Shown here piece by piece: positions 1-10,929 of a DNA stretch of 64,000 nucleotides (position 1 is its first letter; every line of letters begins with the position of its first letter). Under the pieces are notes generated by a model, which searched no databases, was not told the DNA's origin, and saw only the letters and a list, made by a program, of their open reading frames with translations. Where the stretch lies: assembly GCA_963675495.1 (NCBI GenBank), contig OY776215.1, positions 384,001 to 448,000 on the forward strand. The letters run 5' to 3'. Both the position numbers and the translations under genes were made by a program. This DNA comes from an uncultured Methanolobus sp. (GTDB lineage: Archaea; Halobacteriota; Methanosarcinia; Methanosarcinales; Methanosarcinaceae).

Positions 1-200
1 AAAATACATTATTAAAATAATATTAATTATAATAATATTAAACAATTGCACAATTATCATACTTGGAAAGGAACCATCACTATAGGTTAACACCCATAAG
101 ATATGAATTCATATCATGAATGATTTAGCCTCGAATTTACAACCCTATTTCCAACAAAAATGTATGTCCATAATAATTGTGAAATATTGGAGGAAAAATA

Positions 201-785
201 TTGGACAGAAAACTCTTATTCAGTATAATGACTATTGCAGTCGTAGCTCTTTTGATCGGAGGTGGAACCTACGCATATTTCAGTGATACTGAAAGCAGCG
301 AAGATAATACCATCACAGCAGGTACACTGGACCTAAGTGTTGATGATGAAAATCCCTGGACAAGCACCAAGCTCACGGTAACTAATGCAATACCTGGTTC
401 AAGTGGCTCCGTCACTATGACATTAGAAAATGAAGGGAGCGCAGACGGCCTCAGCCTGACTCTTGATGTTACTGATATCGCTGATGGACCAGGAACCACA
501 CCCGAATCGGAACCCACATCAGATAATGGTGAACTTAGTCAAAACACGGACATAGTATTGTGGGAGGACACTAATTATGATGGGGTAATAGATGAGGGTG
601 AGGATGAAATCTATAACAATACCCTCAGTGCTACTGCTACCAACGGTCCATGGGAAATCGGTCCACTTGCCGCTGGTGCCACCAACTATGTCGGATTATA
701 TTATGAGATCGATGAAACAGTTGGAAATGAGATCCAGGGAGATAACTGCAGCTTTAACATCGTATACGTCCTTAGCCAATATTAA
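201..785 (+). CDS. TasA/camelysin-like fibre subunit with SipW-cognate signal peptide
   Basis: Hydrophobic N-terminus followed by GGTYAYFSDTESSEDNTITAGTLDL (SipW-cognate motif); C-terminal GNEIQGD; TTG start with GGAGG upstream; directly upstream of a SipW-type peptidase. Confidence 0.85.
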   Translation: MDRKLLFSIMTIAVVALLIGGGTYAYFSDTESSEDNTITAGTLDLSVDDENPWTSTKLTVTNAIPGSSGSVTMTLENEGSADGLSLTLDVTDIADGPGTTPESEPTSDNGELSQNTDIVLWEDTNYDGVIDEGEDEIYNNTLSATATNGPWEIGPLAAGATNYVGLYYEIDETVGNEIQGDNCSFNIVYVLSQY

Positions 786-854
786 GAATAATTAATAGTG
801 ATGGTGATGAGCCTCCTATTAATTCCGTTTTTTAAGGGAAAAAAGGAATGTGAG

Positions 855-1367
855 ATGGGAAAACTGCTAAAGCATGCAAGTACGTTTTTACTTGTACTAC
901 TTATAATGATAGCTTTGTTCACATTCATTGCACCAAATTTTGGATGGAGCATAGATGCTGTGAAATCTGGAAGTATGGAACCAGAAATATCGACTGGAGA
1001 CCTTGTTGTAACAAAACCAGTTAATGCAGATGAAATTAAAGCTGGAGACATCATCACTTTTACTACTTCATCCAAAAAAAGACTCACGACCCACAGAGTT
1101 ATAGCCATCGGGGAGGAAGGCCAGCTACAATTCCAGACCAAAGGTGATGCAAATGAAGATGCAGACATTTATATGGTTCCTGAAAATAATGTGGTTGGAA
1201 AGGTCTATCTCAAAATACCCTATTTTGGTTATGTCAGCCAGTTCATAAAAACCCCAATTGGTTTTGTGCTGACTTTTTGCATACCCGGCATTATGATTAT
1301 CCTTCAGGAGGTAAGAAAACTCTGGCAAGCGCGGGATAATAGCAAAGATACAGAGAAGGGAACATAA
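855..1367 (+). CDS. sipW: Signal peptidase I, SipW/ER type
   Basis: SGSMEP Ser motif, GDIITF, THRV, TKGDAN, VVGKV and a C-terminal TM segment; start placed at the internal ATG (MGKLLK). Confidence 0.9.
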   Translation: MGKLLKHASTFLLVLLIMIALFTFIAPNFGWSIDAVKSGSMEPEISTGDLVVTKPVNADEIKAGDIITFTTSSKKRLTTHRVIAIGEEGQLQFQTKGDANEDADIYMVPENNVVGKVYLKIPYFGYVSQFIKTPIGFVLTFCIPGIMIILQEVRKLWQARDNSKDTEKGT

Positions 1368-1368
1368 G

Positions 1369-4300
1369 ATGGAGTTTAAGTCTATCCTTTCAATTGTATC
1401 AATTGGTATTATATTGCTGCTGGCAATTAATAGCGGTTTTACAAACTGCTTATACATAGATGTTGAGACTTCCAGTAACAATATTTTTGGAGCCTGGACT
1501 TCCACACTCTGGACACAGACAACTGAAGCAGATTTTAGCGCCGGGGTCCTTAGTGATATTAATGTTTCAGCAAGTTCAGGAGATGCCATCGCAGATGGTT
1601 GTGAACTTTCCGAGATTTGGTATAACGATGCATGGCTTTACAGGAAAGAAATTGTTCTGAATAATTCCGGCTCTGCACTTTCAGACTATCAGGTCAAGGT
1701 TGATCTGGCCTATGATGACCAGATGCAGTCTGATTTTGATGACATAAGGTTTGTAGATTCTGATGGAATTACACAACTTTTTTGCTGGCTTGATGACTAT
1801 AATGATTCAATATCTGCCACTTTCTGGGTTAGGGTCCCTGATATCCCTTCAGGTGGCAAAACCATCTACACCTATTATGGTAATGATGACGCTCTTAGTG
1901 CCAGCAATGGATCTCAGACATTTCTATTCTATGATGACTTTGAGGAATATGATGAAGGCGATGTCCCCCGGAACTGGGAAATAAAGGATTCTAATAGCAG
2001 TACATGGAATCTTACAGATAGTTCTGATTACATCTATAATAGCTCAAAGATAGAATTTGAAGACGGCTATGCCCAGCTTATTGGCACGTCAGATCCAGAA
2101 TGGTGGGATGGAGATTGGAGATACCGTGTATACCTTGATGTGAACACAAGTAGCCATAACAGGACCGATCCGGTAGTCACATGGAATGCCAATTTCACAT
2201 CCCTCTTAAATAACCCTGATCTGACATTTGATGATAACTCAATAAGGGTAATTGAGTATGACCCTATCGGAAATATCCTTGGGGAAAGAACATCACAATT
2301 GATAAAAGAAAACAGTTATGATGCTTCCAATAACGCTGTTGGGGATGTAATATGGATCCTTAATGGCTCCACAATGTCCAATACTTCAAGGTACTATTAC
2401 GCTTACTTCGATACAACTACAAACCCCAAGAATGCGGCTGGATATACCAATATTTCCATAAATTCAGACACAGATTATGCAGATCAAAATGGAGTATGGT
2501 ACGAGATAAGTGAAAAACTTCACTGGAAACTCCATGAGAGCAAAGGAGGATTGTACAATGATATTAACTGGGACAATTCCAGCCATACCTATAGCACTAC
2601 TGACCACTGGGAATTTGGCACAAATATGCGCCCAGCTCCTGATCAGGAACACATGCAACCCTCTTTTGGAAGCATGACAACTGATTCTCCAGAAGTAGGT
2701 CCTATAAAACTCAAATTCTATCAGCATTACAGTGATGGTTCCTATGTGGAGACTATTTACTACAAGGACCAGCCCTGGATGAAGGTCATCTATCATTATT
2801 ATACTAGCTGGAATGGTAATCTCTGGGAGATCGAATCAGTTGCGGAGGTGGGAGCAAATGCCAACCTTGTTGCCTGGGATAGTCCCGATTATCAGAGTGC
2901 TGTCATGGCAGGTGATCTATCTTCTATAATTTACAATGTAAATATGAGTGGAGCATGGCATTCTGAGGTACTTGACGATAGTAGCTGGCATGACAATCCA
3001 TCTAAGTACATGAGTACATTAAACCAACAGGATGTTGAATGGTACTTCATTTACAAGGAACCTAATGTAGATACACAAGCAGAGGCGCAACCCATAATAG
3101 AAGAGGTGATCACGCCTGTGAACGTTACCCAGGGAGCGGTTTCAAATCCTTCATATTCCAATGATGCTCCAAGCATTCAGCCTGTTACTGGATATTCCTA
3201 TGATTCAATATGCAATTTCAGTTCCATTCAGGGACCTGACAATCAGGGTGAAATAAGATATCAGATAAGTAATGATAAGATTAGCTGGTATTATCATGAT
3301 GGAACAGACTGGGTGGTTTCTTCAGGATTTGCCCAAACCAACAGCGTAGAAGATGTTGAGTCTAGTGTAGGCAGCCTGGAGGATGATATTGGTCCGGGTA
3401 TTTTCTATTTCAAAGCCTTTTTGTCTAGCGATGGGACCCAGCAGGTCCAGCTCGATGAAATAAGCATCTCAAGATCCACTGTAGAAGTCCGGTCGGATGC
3501 CGGAAATAAGGTATTGTATGATGGCAATGGAGTGGGCGGAAATGTTGTCGCCGGAAACTTCTCCTGGACAGACATTGCCTGCAGACAGATGTTCAGATCA
3601 ATTGATGGGAACATATCTAATGCAGGGCTTGTTGTTCATTATACAAACGAGACACGTGAAGTATACGGTGGGATCATAAGTAACACAATAACACAACTGT
3701 GGGAAAGAAATGAATCTGCTTCATGGGCCGATGCTAGTGGATGGAATCAGATCGGTGGCAACTGGAATATTTCCGATGTTGGCACCAGCTGGCATATGCA
3801 AGAGCTGAGGGTATTGAATAGTACGGTAGATTTCTACCTCGATGACGTATATATCGGCAATACAACATTGGATCCCGATGCACCTATTTCTGGAAAAACT
3901 GGTTTTTGGAGCCAGTATGGTGAAGAAGGCTATAGGGACGAACATATCGTTCGCAGATATGCTTTTCCTGAACCTGTAACTGTTGTGGGTTCCAAAGAAT
4001 ACCAGTATGATGAACAGTGGAATTTCAAAAAGAAAATTACAATAGACCACACAAAGGTCGAAGCTGACCTGACAGACTTCCCTGTTCTGATCAACATTTC
4101 ATCAGACTCTGACCTTGTTGCTCATGCACAGGCAGATGGCGATGATATTCTGTTCACAGATACTAATAATAACAAACTCAGCCATGAGTTTGAAGAATTC
4201 GATGGTGGCACTGGCAAACTGATATCATGGGTAAAAGTTCCGGAGCTATCCAGTACTACAGACACCGAGATCTACATGCGCTATGGCAATCCTACATGCG

Positions 4301-6321
4301 AAAGTCAGGAAAATGCCAGCGGTGTCTGGGACGACAATTTCCAGATGGTGCAGCACATGGAAGAGACTTCAGGAAGCCATGCTGATTCAACAGTTCTGGG
4401 GAATGATCTCACACCTCAGGGATCCATTGATCAAAATGCTGTCGGAATTATCGGAGGCGCAAATTACTATGACGGTATTGATGATTATCTCTCACGAACA
4501 GATGCCATACTTAACGGAGATATCCCTGCCAAAAGCACAGGAAGTGCTAATTATTTCACACTCAGCGCCTGGGTCAAGTTGACTGGCAGTTCAGAAAGAT
4601 ATCCATTGATAGTGAAACAGGGAGACTGGGATACAAATATGGATAGAGGTTTTCTCGTTGGGGCCACTTCCAGCTATTACCTTGAAAGTGAGGTATTTCG
4701 TGGAAATGACGGAACCAATGACAAGTCCGAACTTTCATCGACTCAGGCACTTTCAGCAGATCAATGGTATTATGTTACCTACACTTACGATTACGTCACC
4801 GACGGCACATCAAAGATGTACATTTATTTGAATGGAGTACAGAATGGAAGCAATGAACTTGCTTACGGACCTCCCATCGAGAATACCAGAGATCTCTACA
4901 TTGGACACTATTATTGGTCCGGATCATACAATAAATACTTCAAGGGAAATATCGATGAAGTACGTATCTCAAATACTGTCAGAAGTGAAGGCTGGATCAA
5001 AACCAGTTATAACAACCAATATTCTTCTTCAACCTTTTATGACATAGGTTCAGAGGAAGGCGAGTGTCCTGTCACCACAGGTACTATTGCATCCCAGATC
5101 CTTGAATCAGGTCATGAGAATTATAATAAGAAAATTACTATCGACCACACAAAGGTGGATGGAGAGCTTACAGATTTTCCGGTATTGATAAGTCTATCAA
5201 CAGATGCTGATCTGGCTGCCCATACACAAAGTGACGGGGACGATATATTCTTTACTGCAGCAGATGACACAAGGCTTAGCCATGAGATCGAGGAATACAA
5301 TAGTTCCACTGGAGAACTTATCGCATGGGTGAAGATCCCAACCCTTTCCAATACTACGGACACGGATATTTACATGCAATATGGTGATCAAAGTTGTGGA
5401 AGTCAGGAAAATGCCGCTGATGTCTGGGACAGCAACTTCCTTATGGTCCAGCATCTGAACAATTTGAACTCAACAACTACAGAAGATAGTACGTCTAACA
5501 ATTATGATGGTACAAAGACCGCTGTCGATGAACCTCTTGAGGTTGATGGGATGATCGGAAATGCACAGTATTTTGATGGATCCAATGACCACGTAAATGT
5601 TGGAGTAATGAATCATAACATAGGTTACGGAAATTATACATGGTCAGTCTGGGCAAAAACTCCAGACGCATACAACAACATCAATCCAATAATGACAAAC
5701 GGAAATTATGCCCCTGCGATCTATACTAAAACATACCAGCACACCGAATGGGGTACATACTATGAAAGCTACAGAAGAACTGGCACTGTTCTTTCCCTGA
5801 ATACATGGTACCATCTGGTGGTTCAGAGAGAGGATGGAATTGTTAGATTCTATCAGGATGGAGTATTACTCCCCATCAACCATTCTTTCGTTTTTTCCAT
5901 GGCAAATAGTGAATTTTATATCGGCAGGAGTGGAGCTGGGTGGTATGGAAGGAATACAGTAGATGAGGCAAGGGTATCGAATACAGTCAGAAGTGAAAGC
6001 TGGGTCAAGACATCTTACAATAACCAGTTCTCGCCTTCTACATTTTATAGCGTCGGTCCGGAGAATTACCAGATCAATATAGATGGATTGTTCTGGGATG
6101 AAACTCTTGCATCGGGAACTGACATAAGCTTTGATATCAGGGCATCAGACACTCTTTTTCTCAAAGATGATGCAGCACCTTCCTGGACATCGATCGGGGG
6201 AACATCGCCGGTTACTTCAGGGTTGCCTTCCGGTAAATATGTGCAATGGCGTGCAACGTTGACCTGTGCAGAAGGGAAAACTCCAATACTGCATGAGGTA
6301 AGACTTTATTATCATAGCTAA
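1369..6321 (+). CDS. Large surface adhesin: SipW-type N-terminus, several DUF2341-like domains and LamG/ConA-like domains
   Basis: N-terminal FTNCLYIDVETSSNNIFGAW resembles the SipW-cognate strand; repeated D(I/D)xF...WV(R/K)xP...IYxxYG DUF2341 motifs; LamG-like WYYVTYTY...G.IDEVRIS. Confidence 0.8.
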   Translation: MEFKSILSIVSIGIILLLAINSGFTNCLYIDVETSSNNIFGAWTSTLWTQTTEADFSAGVLSDINVSASSGDAIADGCELSEIWYNDAWLYRKEIVLNNSGSALSDYQVKVDLAYDDQMQSDFDDIRFVDSDGITQLFCWLDDYNDSISATFWVRVPDIPSGGKTIYTYYGNDDALSASNGSQTFLFYDDFEEYDEGDVPRNWEIKDSNSSTWNLTDSSDYIYNSSKIEFEDGYAQLIGTSDPEWWDGDWRYRVYLDVNTSSHNRTDPVVTWNANFTSLLNNPDLTFDDNSIRVIEYDPIGNILGERTSQLIKENSYDASNNAVGDVIWILNGSTMSNTSRYYYAYFDTTTNPKNAAGYTNISINSDTDYADQNGVWYEISEKLHWKLHESKGGLYNDINWDNSSHTYSTTDHWEFGTNMRPAPDQEHMQPSFGSMTTDSPEVGPIKLKFYQHYSDGSYVETIYYKDQPWMKVIYHYYTSWNGNLWEIESVAEVGANANLVAWDSPDYQSAVMAGDLSSIIYNVNMSGAWHSEVLDDSSWHDNPSKYMSTLNQQDVEWYFIYKEPNVDTQAEAQPIIEEVITPVNVTQGAVSNPSYSNDAPSIQPVTGYSYDSICNFSSIQGPDNQGEIRYQISNDKISWYYHDGTDWVVSSGFAQTNSVEDVESSVGSLEDDIGPGIFYFKAFLSSDGTQQVQLDEISISRSTVEVRSDAGNKVLYDGNGVGGNVVAGNFSWTDIACRQMFRSIDGNISNAGLVVHYTNETREVYGGIISNTITQLWERNESASWADASGWNQIGGNWNISDVGTSWHMQELRVLNSTVDFYLDDVYIGNTTLDPDAPISGKTGFWSQYGEEGYRDEHIVRRYAFPEPVTVVGSKEYQYDEQWNFKKKITIDHTKVEADLTDFPVLINISSDSDLVAHAQADGDDILFTDTNNNKLSHEFEEFDGGTGKLISWVKVPELSSTTDTEIYMRYGNPTCESQENASGVWDDNFQMVQHMEETSGSHADSTVLGNDLTPQGSIDQNAVGIIGGANYYDGIDDYLSRTDAILNGDIPAKSTGSANYFTLSAWVKLTGSSERYPLIVKQGDWDTNMDRGFLVGATSSYYLESEVFRGNDGTNDKSELSSTQALSADQWYYVTYTYDYVTDGTSKMYIYLNGVQNGSNELAYGPPIENTRDLYIGHYYWSGSYNKYFKGNIDEVRISNTVRSEGWIKTSYNNQYSSSTFYDIGSEEGECPVTTGTIASQILESGHENYNKKITIDHTKVDGELTDFPVLISLSTDADLAAHTQSDGDDIFFTAADDTRLSHEIEEYNSSTGELIAWVKIPTLSNTTDTDIYMQYGDQSCGSQENAADVWDSNFLMVQHLNNLNSTTTEDSTSNNYDGTKTAVDEPLEVDGMIGNAQYFDGSNDHVNVGVMNHNIGYGNYTWSVWAKTPDAYNNINPIMTNGNYAPAIYTKTYQHTEWGTYYESYRRTGTVLSLNTWYHLVVQREDGIVRFYQDGVLLPINHSFVFSMANSEFYIGRSGAGWYGRNTVDEARVSNTVRSESWVKTSYNNQFSPSTFYSVGPENYQINIDGLFWDETLASGTDISFDIRASDTLFLKDDAAPSWTSIGGTSPVTSGLPSGKYVQWRATLTCAEGKTPILHEVRLYYHS

Positions 6322-6447
6322 AGGAAAATATACTTCAGAAAATAATTGGAAAAAGGCTATCATTATTGACCATAAAGCCATGGGTTTGATATATTTTCAA
6401 AAATAAATCATAGTATCAATGTTTGTACCCAATTTAGGAGGAGTTTA

Positions 6448-8520
6448 TTGGAAAGAAAAATCTTATTCAGCATAATGCTTATTGCAGTCATAGCTCTTTT
6501 GACAGGGGCTGGAACCTATGCATATTTCAGTGACTCAGAGGGTGCAAGCGATAATACATTTGAATCAGGCACACTGAATTTGCAGGTTGGAAATACTGAT
6601 CCATGTGAAGGATCAATATCAATAGACGGATTAAAACCCGGAGATAATGGTAATGCAATTTCCTGGTTGATAATTAACAATGGTTCAATAGCCGGTGACC
6701 TTAGTATCAATATCTCTACAATAACAAGTAACGAAAATACTCTCTATGAAATAGAGACTGGCACTGGAGATAACAGTGCTATTGATGGTGAACTCGAAAC
6801 GTTCTTGATGGTTGCTATCTGGATGGATAATGATACCAGTAATACCTGGAATGCTGGAGATTACTACCTTGAAGCTGGTGGGACTAAAGTACCGTATTCA
6901 TCAGGTAGCTTACCAGTTGAAGCATACAACTTCCTGAATAGCTATGAGTCTGATTCATGGGCAGATGTTCAGACTAACCTTAGTAATGGAGATATTGGAA
7001 CCTTAAATATAGAATATGATCTTCCATATCATGTCAATATAAATCAGGTCCAGAGTGACAGTTGCACATTCGACATAATTTTTACTCTTCAACAATGGGA
7101 AAGCATCGTAAGTCTGACGATGTCAGCACCTGTACTTTCAGTTCTAAGCGATAATAGGAAATATGCAGCACCATCGGAGGAATGGAATGAGACGTTTGGT
7201 GGAGCCAGCAGTGACTATGCCTACTCGTTGAAACAAACAAATGATGGGGGGTACATAATTGCAGGAGATGCAGGTTCTTTTGGAGGAGGGTATCACAATG
7301 CCTGGTTGATAAAAACAGATCTAAACGGAAGTGAAGACTGGAACAATACTTTTGGTGGCACTTCTAGTGATTATGCTTATTCTGTTCAGCAGACCAGTGA
7401 CAGTGGCTATATACTTGCAGGGAAGACAAGTTCATTTGGAGAAGGCAGCTCTAATGCATGGTTAATAAAAACAGATCTCAATGGTATTGAAGAATGGAAT
7501 AATACATTTGGTGGAAGCATCGATAATTATGCACGTTCTGTAATGCAGACCAGTGATGGGGGGTATATCTTTGCTGGAAGAACTTCTGATCTTGATGAAT
7601 CATATCAATTCATAGACTATGCATGGTTAGTAAAAACAGATGAGAGCGGGAATCATTTATGGAATCAGACATTTGGTGGAACCGGAAGTGATTATGCATA
7701 TTCTGTTATGTTGACAGATGATGGTGGGTACATAATTGCAGGTAAAACAAGTTCATTTGGAGAAGGTCCCTCTGATGCCTGGTTGATAAAAACAGATCCA
7801 AACGGTAATGAGGAATGGAACAACACTTTTGATGGTTACGATGGATCATATTCTGATGAAGTGCATTCTGCTAAACAGACAAGTGACGGAGGATATATAG
7901 TTGCAGGTGAAAAAACTAATTTAGGTGGAAGTATAAGTATCTGGCTCATAAAAACAGATACGAATGGAAATGCCATGTGGAACAAAACATTTGGGACCAC
8001 CCAAAGTGGAAAAAGTTATGATGTCTGCCAAACAAAGGACGGTAGCTATATAGTTGTAGGTAACACCGAATCACCCATTGAAAGTTACACCTACGATGGA
8101 TTCATCATCAAAACTGATAATGAAGGAAATGAACTTTGGAATAAAACCCTTGGTGGCACCTCTGATGATTATATCTATTCTGTCATTGTGACCGATGAAG
8201 AAGAGATATTAGTTGCAGGTGAAACTACGCCAATTGATTCATGGTATACAGATGGATGGATCGCCAAACTGGGATTGGAACCACTTCTGATCGGAATAAA
8301 TGAGTCTGAATTGCTGACGATAACACTTAACGCTACAGATATTGATGGAGACTCAATAAGTTACTCCACAAACGCAACCTTTGGAACACTGGTTGAGAAC
8401 GTATTCACGTGGACACCCGGAACTGGTGAGATTGGTGTATATGGCGTAGAATTCACAGCATCTGACGGTCAGCTCAGTGATACAGAGAACGTGACTATCA
8501 CGGTCAATGATATTGTATAA
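6448..8520 (+). CDS. TasA-like subunit fused to ~50-aa WNxTFGG beta-propeller-like repeats and a C-terminal Ig-like domain
   Basis: TYAYFSDSEGASDNTFESGTLNL N-terminus; about seven W-N-x-T-F-G-G...QTxDGGYIxAG...WLIKTD repeats; FTWTP/ASDG Ig tail. Confidence 0.8.
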   Translation: MERKILFSIMLIAVIALLTGAGTYAYFSDSEGASDNTFESGTLNLQVGNTDPCEGSISIDGLKPGDNGNAISWLIINNGSIAGDLSINISTITSNENTLYEIETGTGDNSAIDGELETFLMVAIWMDNDTSNTWNAGDYYLEAGGTKVPYSSGSLPVEAYNFLNSYESDSWADVQTNLSNGDIGTLNIEYDLPYHVNINQVQSDSCTFDIIFTLQQWESIVSLTMSAPVLSVLSDNRKYAAPSEEWNETFGGASSDYAYSLKQTNDGGYIIAGDAGSFGGGYHNAWLIKTDLNGSEDWNNTFGGTSSDYAYSVQQTSDSGYILAGKTSSFGEGSSNAWLIKTDLNGIEEWNNTFGGSIDNYARSVMQTSDGGYIFAGRTSDLDESYQFIDYAWLVKTDESGNHLWNQTFGGTGSDYAYSVMLTDDGGYIIAGKTSSFGEGPSDAWLIKTDPNGNEEWNNTFDGYDGSYSDEVHSAKQTSDGGYIVAGEKTNLGGSISIWLIKTDTNGNAMWNKTFGTTQSGKSYDVCQTKDGSYIVVGNTESPIESYTYDGFIIKTDNEGNELWNKTLGGTSDDYIYSVIVTDEEEILVAGETTPIDSWYTDGWIAKLGLEPLLIGINESELLTITLNATDIDGDSISYSTNATFGTLVENVFTWTPGTGEIGVYGVEFTASDGQLSDTENVTITVNDIV

Positions 8521-8566
8521 AGCTAATGGCATTATTGACATATGATGAATTATAAATACTAACTGC

Positions 8567-8683
8567 TCTCCGATTACTCTATATTTGACTTAATGAAAAT
8601 ATATTCAGTGGCGTGCAACTTTGACCAGCACAGAAGGAAATACTCCCATGTTGCATGAGGTAAGACTTTATTATCATACTTGA
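8567..8683 (+). pseudogene. Vestigial 3' end of a paralogue of the 1369-6321 adhesin
   Basis: Translates to KYIQWRATLTSTEGNTPMLHEVRLYYHT*, versus KYVQWRATLTCAEGKTPILHEVRLYYHS* at the end of 1369-6321; the DNA is also clearly similar. Confidence 0.85.
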
Positions 8684-8701
8684 AAAAGGGAATCTAAGAT
8701 A

Positions 8702-9547
8702 ATGTCACTCAAATTTATGGCAGGACAAGGAGTAAAAATTAATTCGATATTGATAGTCGGGTTATTCTTGCTTGCATTATTGCTCCTGCCTGCACAGGCT
8801 CAGGGTTCTGTGATCGATCTGGAACTTGGTGGTGAAGGTGCAATAAGCTGGGAAATAAGCAATATCAAGCCAGGGGATAGTGGCATAAAGACCATCGAAC
8901 TTCACAATAACGGAAGTATTGACGGTTTTGTCAGCATCTGGATAAGCGACATCAACGAAAGCGACTATGGTGGTGATGGTGCCAGCCTTGATGATTACCT
9001 TCTACTTAACCTTTCAAGTGAACGCATGCAAACAAACATGTCTTTTCCGTCCACTATCTACGAATTCCCACAAAATGCCTATGACCTGAAATATATCAAT
9101 ATAGCTGATCTTGACAGTGGTGAAGTGAACAACCTTGACTTTGCATGGGAATTTCAGATGACAGAAACATCTCAAAATGATGCACAGGGAGATGAACTTT
9201 CATTCACCATTAATTTCATGCTTGAAGGATCACCATCCTCAGAAAAAGAAGGGCACAATAGTTACGATGATGACCCGAGACTCAATGTAACTACTCCTGC
9301 TGAGCCAGATATTCCAGAAGAGATCCATTCAGATGAATCAAATGATTCTTTTTATCAAGATCTTATTCAAATAGAACAGCTTGAACCTTTGTTCACAATA
9401 GATAAGAGTATAGATAACAGAGATCATTGGACATCGTTTATTGATAACGATGGTTCATATATCACGTATATTGCGTCTGCCACATTAATCTCAGGTGCCA
9501 TCCTGCTTCTTTTAGTTAAAAGAAGAAAAAAGAAAAAACCATTTTGA
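8702..9547 (+). CDS. TasA-like domain protein with conventional signal peptide and C-terminal membrane anchor
   Basis: NIKPGDSG...NNGSIDG and NDAQGD...FTINF TasA-like motifs; AQAQG cleavage site; C-terminal TM followed by KRRKKKK. Confidence 0.7.
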   Translation: MSLKFMAGQGVKINSILIVGLFLLALLLLPAQAQGSVIDLELGGEGAISWEISNIKPGDSGIKTIELHNNGSIDGFVSIWISDINESDYGGDGASLDDYLLLNLSSERMQTNMSFPSTIYEFPQNAYDLKYINIADLDSGEVNNLDFAWEFQMTETSQNDAQGDELSFTINFMLEGSPSSEKEGHNSYDDDPRLNVTTPAEPDIPEEIHSDESNDSFYQDLIQIEQLEPLFTIDKSIDNRDHWTSFIDNDGSYITYIASATLISGAILLLLVKRRKKKKPF

Positions 9548-9960
9548 CTAATCTGGATATAGTTTCTGGAATTCAGTAAATGAATGTTTCGAAATAATAA
9601 AATGAACAAATGAGAGTTCATACCATTTGAAAGAACACACACATTTCAATCAAATATGGATATTGATCGAAAAATATCTCACCCATACTTTTAATATTCC
9701 AGTATCTGTATCAGAAAATAATTGATTTGATATTTATGAAATTAATTTAGCAATATTTATATATTATACATGAATATTGAAATTATATTCACAATAAAAT
9801 CGAACAATTGCACAGTAGAATATAATTGGAAGATATATCATTGCATATTATAACCCCAGGGATATGAAAGGTCTCAGGAATAATATGAGCTCTGATCATA
9901 TTTCAGCTTCCAACTAAAAATTATAATGCCTCCAATTGTACACAGGTTTGAGGAAATTCA

Positions 9961-10611
9961 TTGGATAGAAAAATTTTGCTCAGTATAATGACTATTGCGG
10001 TTGTAGCTCTTTTTATGGGAAGTGGAACCTACGCATATTTCAGTGACACTGATACTTCAAGCGATAATGCTTTTGAAGCAGGGATACTCAACCTTGCAGT
10101 TGAAGGAAACGATGTCTGTTCTGAATCGATAACGATCTCTAATTTAAAACCAGGAGATTCTGCCATTATTGCAACCTGGAACATCAACAACACAGGAACA
10201 ATAACAGGGAACCTCAGCATAAAGCTTAGTCCAGTGGTGAACAATGAGAACAACTGTTATGAGATGGAAAACGATAGTACTTCTGGTGCCGATGAAGGAG
10301 AATTAGGCCAGAATCTCAAAGTGATCTTCGCCATGGATGCTGATAGCAGCGGAACATGGACCAGTGGCGATTGCTATCTTAGTCCTACACTTGGGATACA
10401 GGAATGGGGAGAATCAAGGGTATACAGCGCATACCTGAACGATTATAGTTCAAAAGAGTGGACAAATGTAAAAACAAGTATGGCAGGCGGGAGTAGTGCT
10501 GGCAAGTTCTCCGTGAGCTACACCCTCCCAGTCGATACTGGGAATGAGGTACAGAGCGACAGTTGTACCTTTGATATTATTTTCACTCTGGATCAGGATC
10601 TGAGCAGCTAA
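9961..10611 (+). CDS. TasA-like fibre subunit with SipW-cognate signal peptide
   Basis: GTYAYFSDTDTSSDNAFEAGILNL; GNEVQSDSCTFDI; TTG start; paralogue of 201-785. Confidence 0.85.
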   Translation: MDRKILLSIMTIAVVALFMGSGTYAYFSDTDTSSDNAFEAGILNLAVEGNDVCSESITISNLKPGDSAIIATWNINNTGTITGNLSIKLSPVVNNENNCYEMENDSTSGADEGELGQNLKVIFAMDADSSGTWTSGDCYLSPTLGIQEWGESRVYSAYLNDYSSKEWTNVKTSMAGGSSAGKFSVSYTLPVDTGNEVQSDSCTFDIIFTLDQDLSS

Positions 10612-10929
10612 TACAGAGCATACCTGCACATTTGGAATGCTGATTGAAAAATACCTCACCCATAATTTTAATGTTATACCATCTGACATAGAATGTCCAA
10701 CTTAATATTGTTTTTATTATTATATTAAAATATATATAGTTTAAAAATAATATTAATTTTAAATATAATGATTCTGATCAAACTGGCTCATTGCATCATT
10801 ATTATAATTGGATGGGAAGTATAATTGTGGACTATAAGTCCATGAAGATGATTTAATCTCTAATTGCACCCCAACTTCCAATACAAAAAATGCAATGTAA
10901 TCAATTGTACACAATTTGGAGATAGTCTA

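Noticed and set aside
7180-8270. ~150-bp periodic DNA repeats
   Set aside because: They are coding repeats of the beta-propeller-like domain, not a non-coding array.
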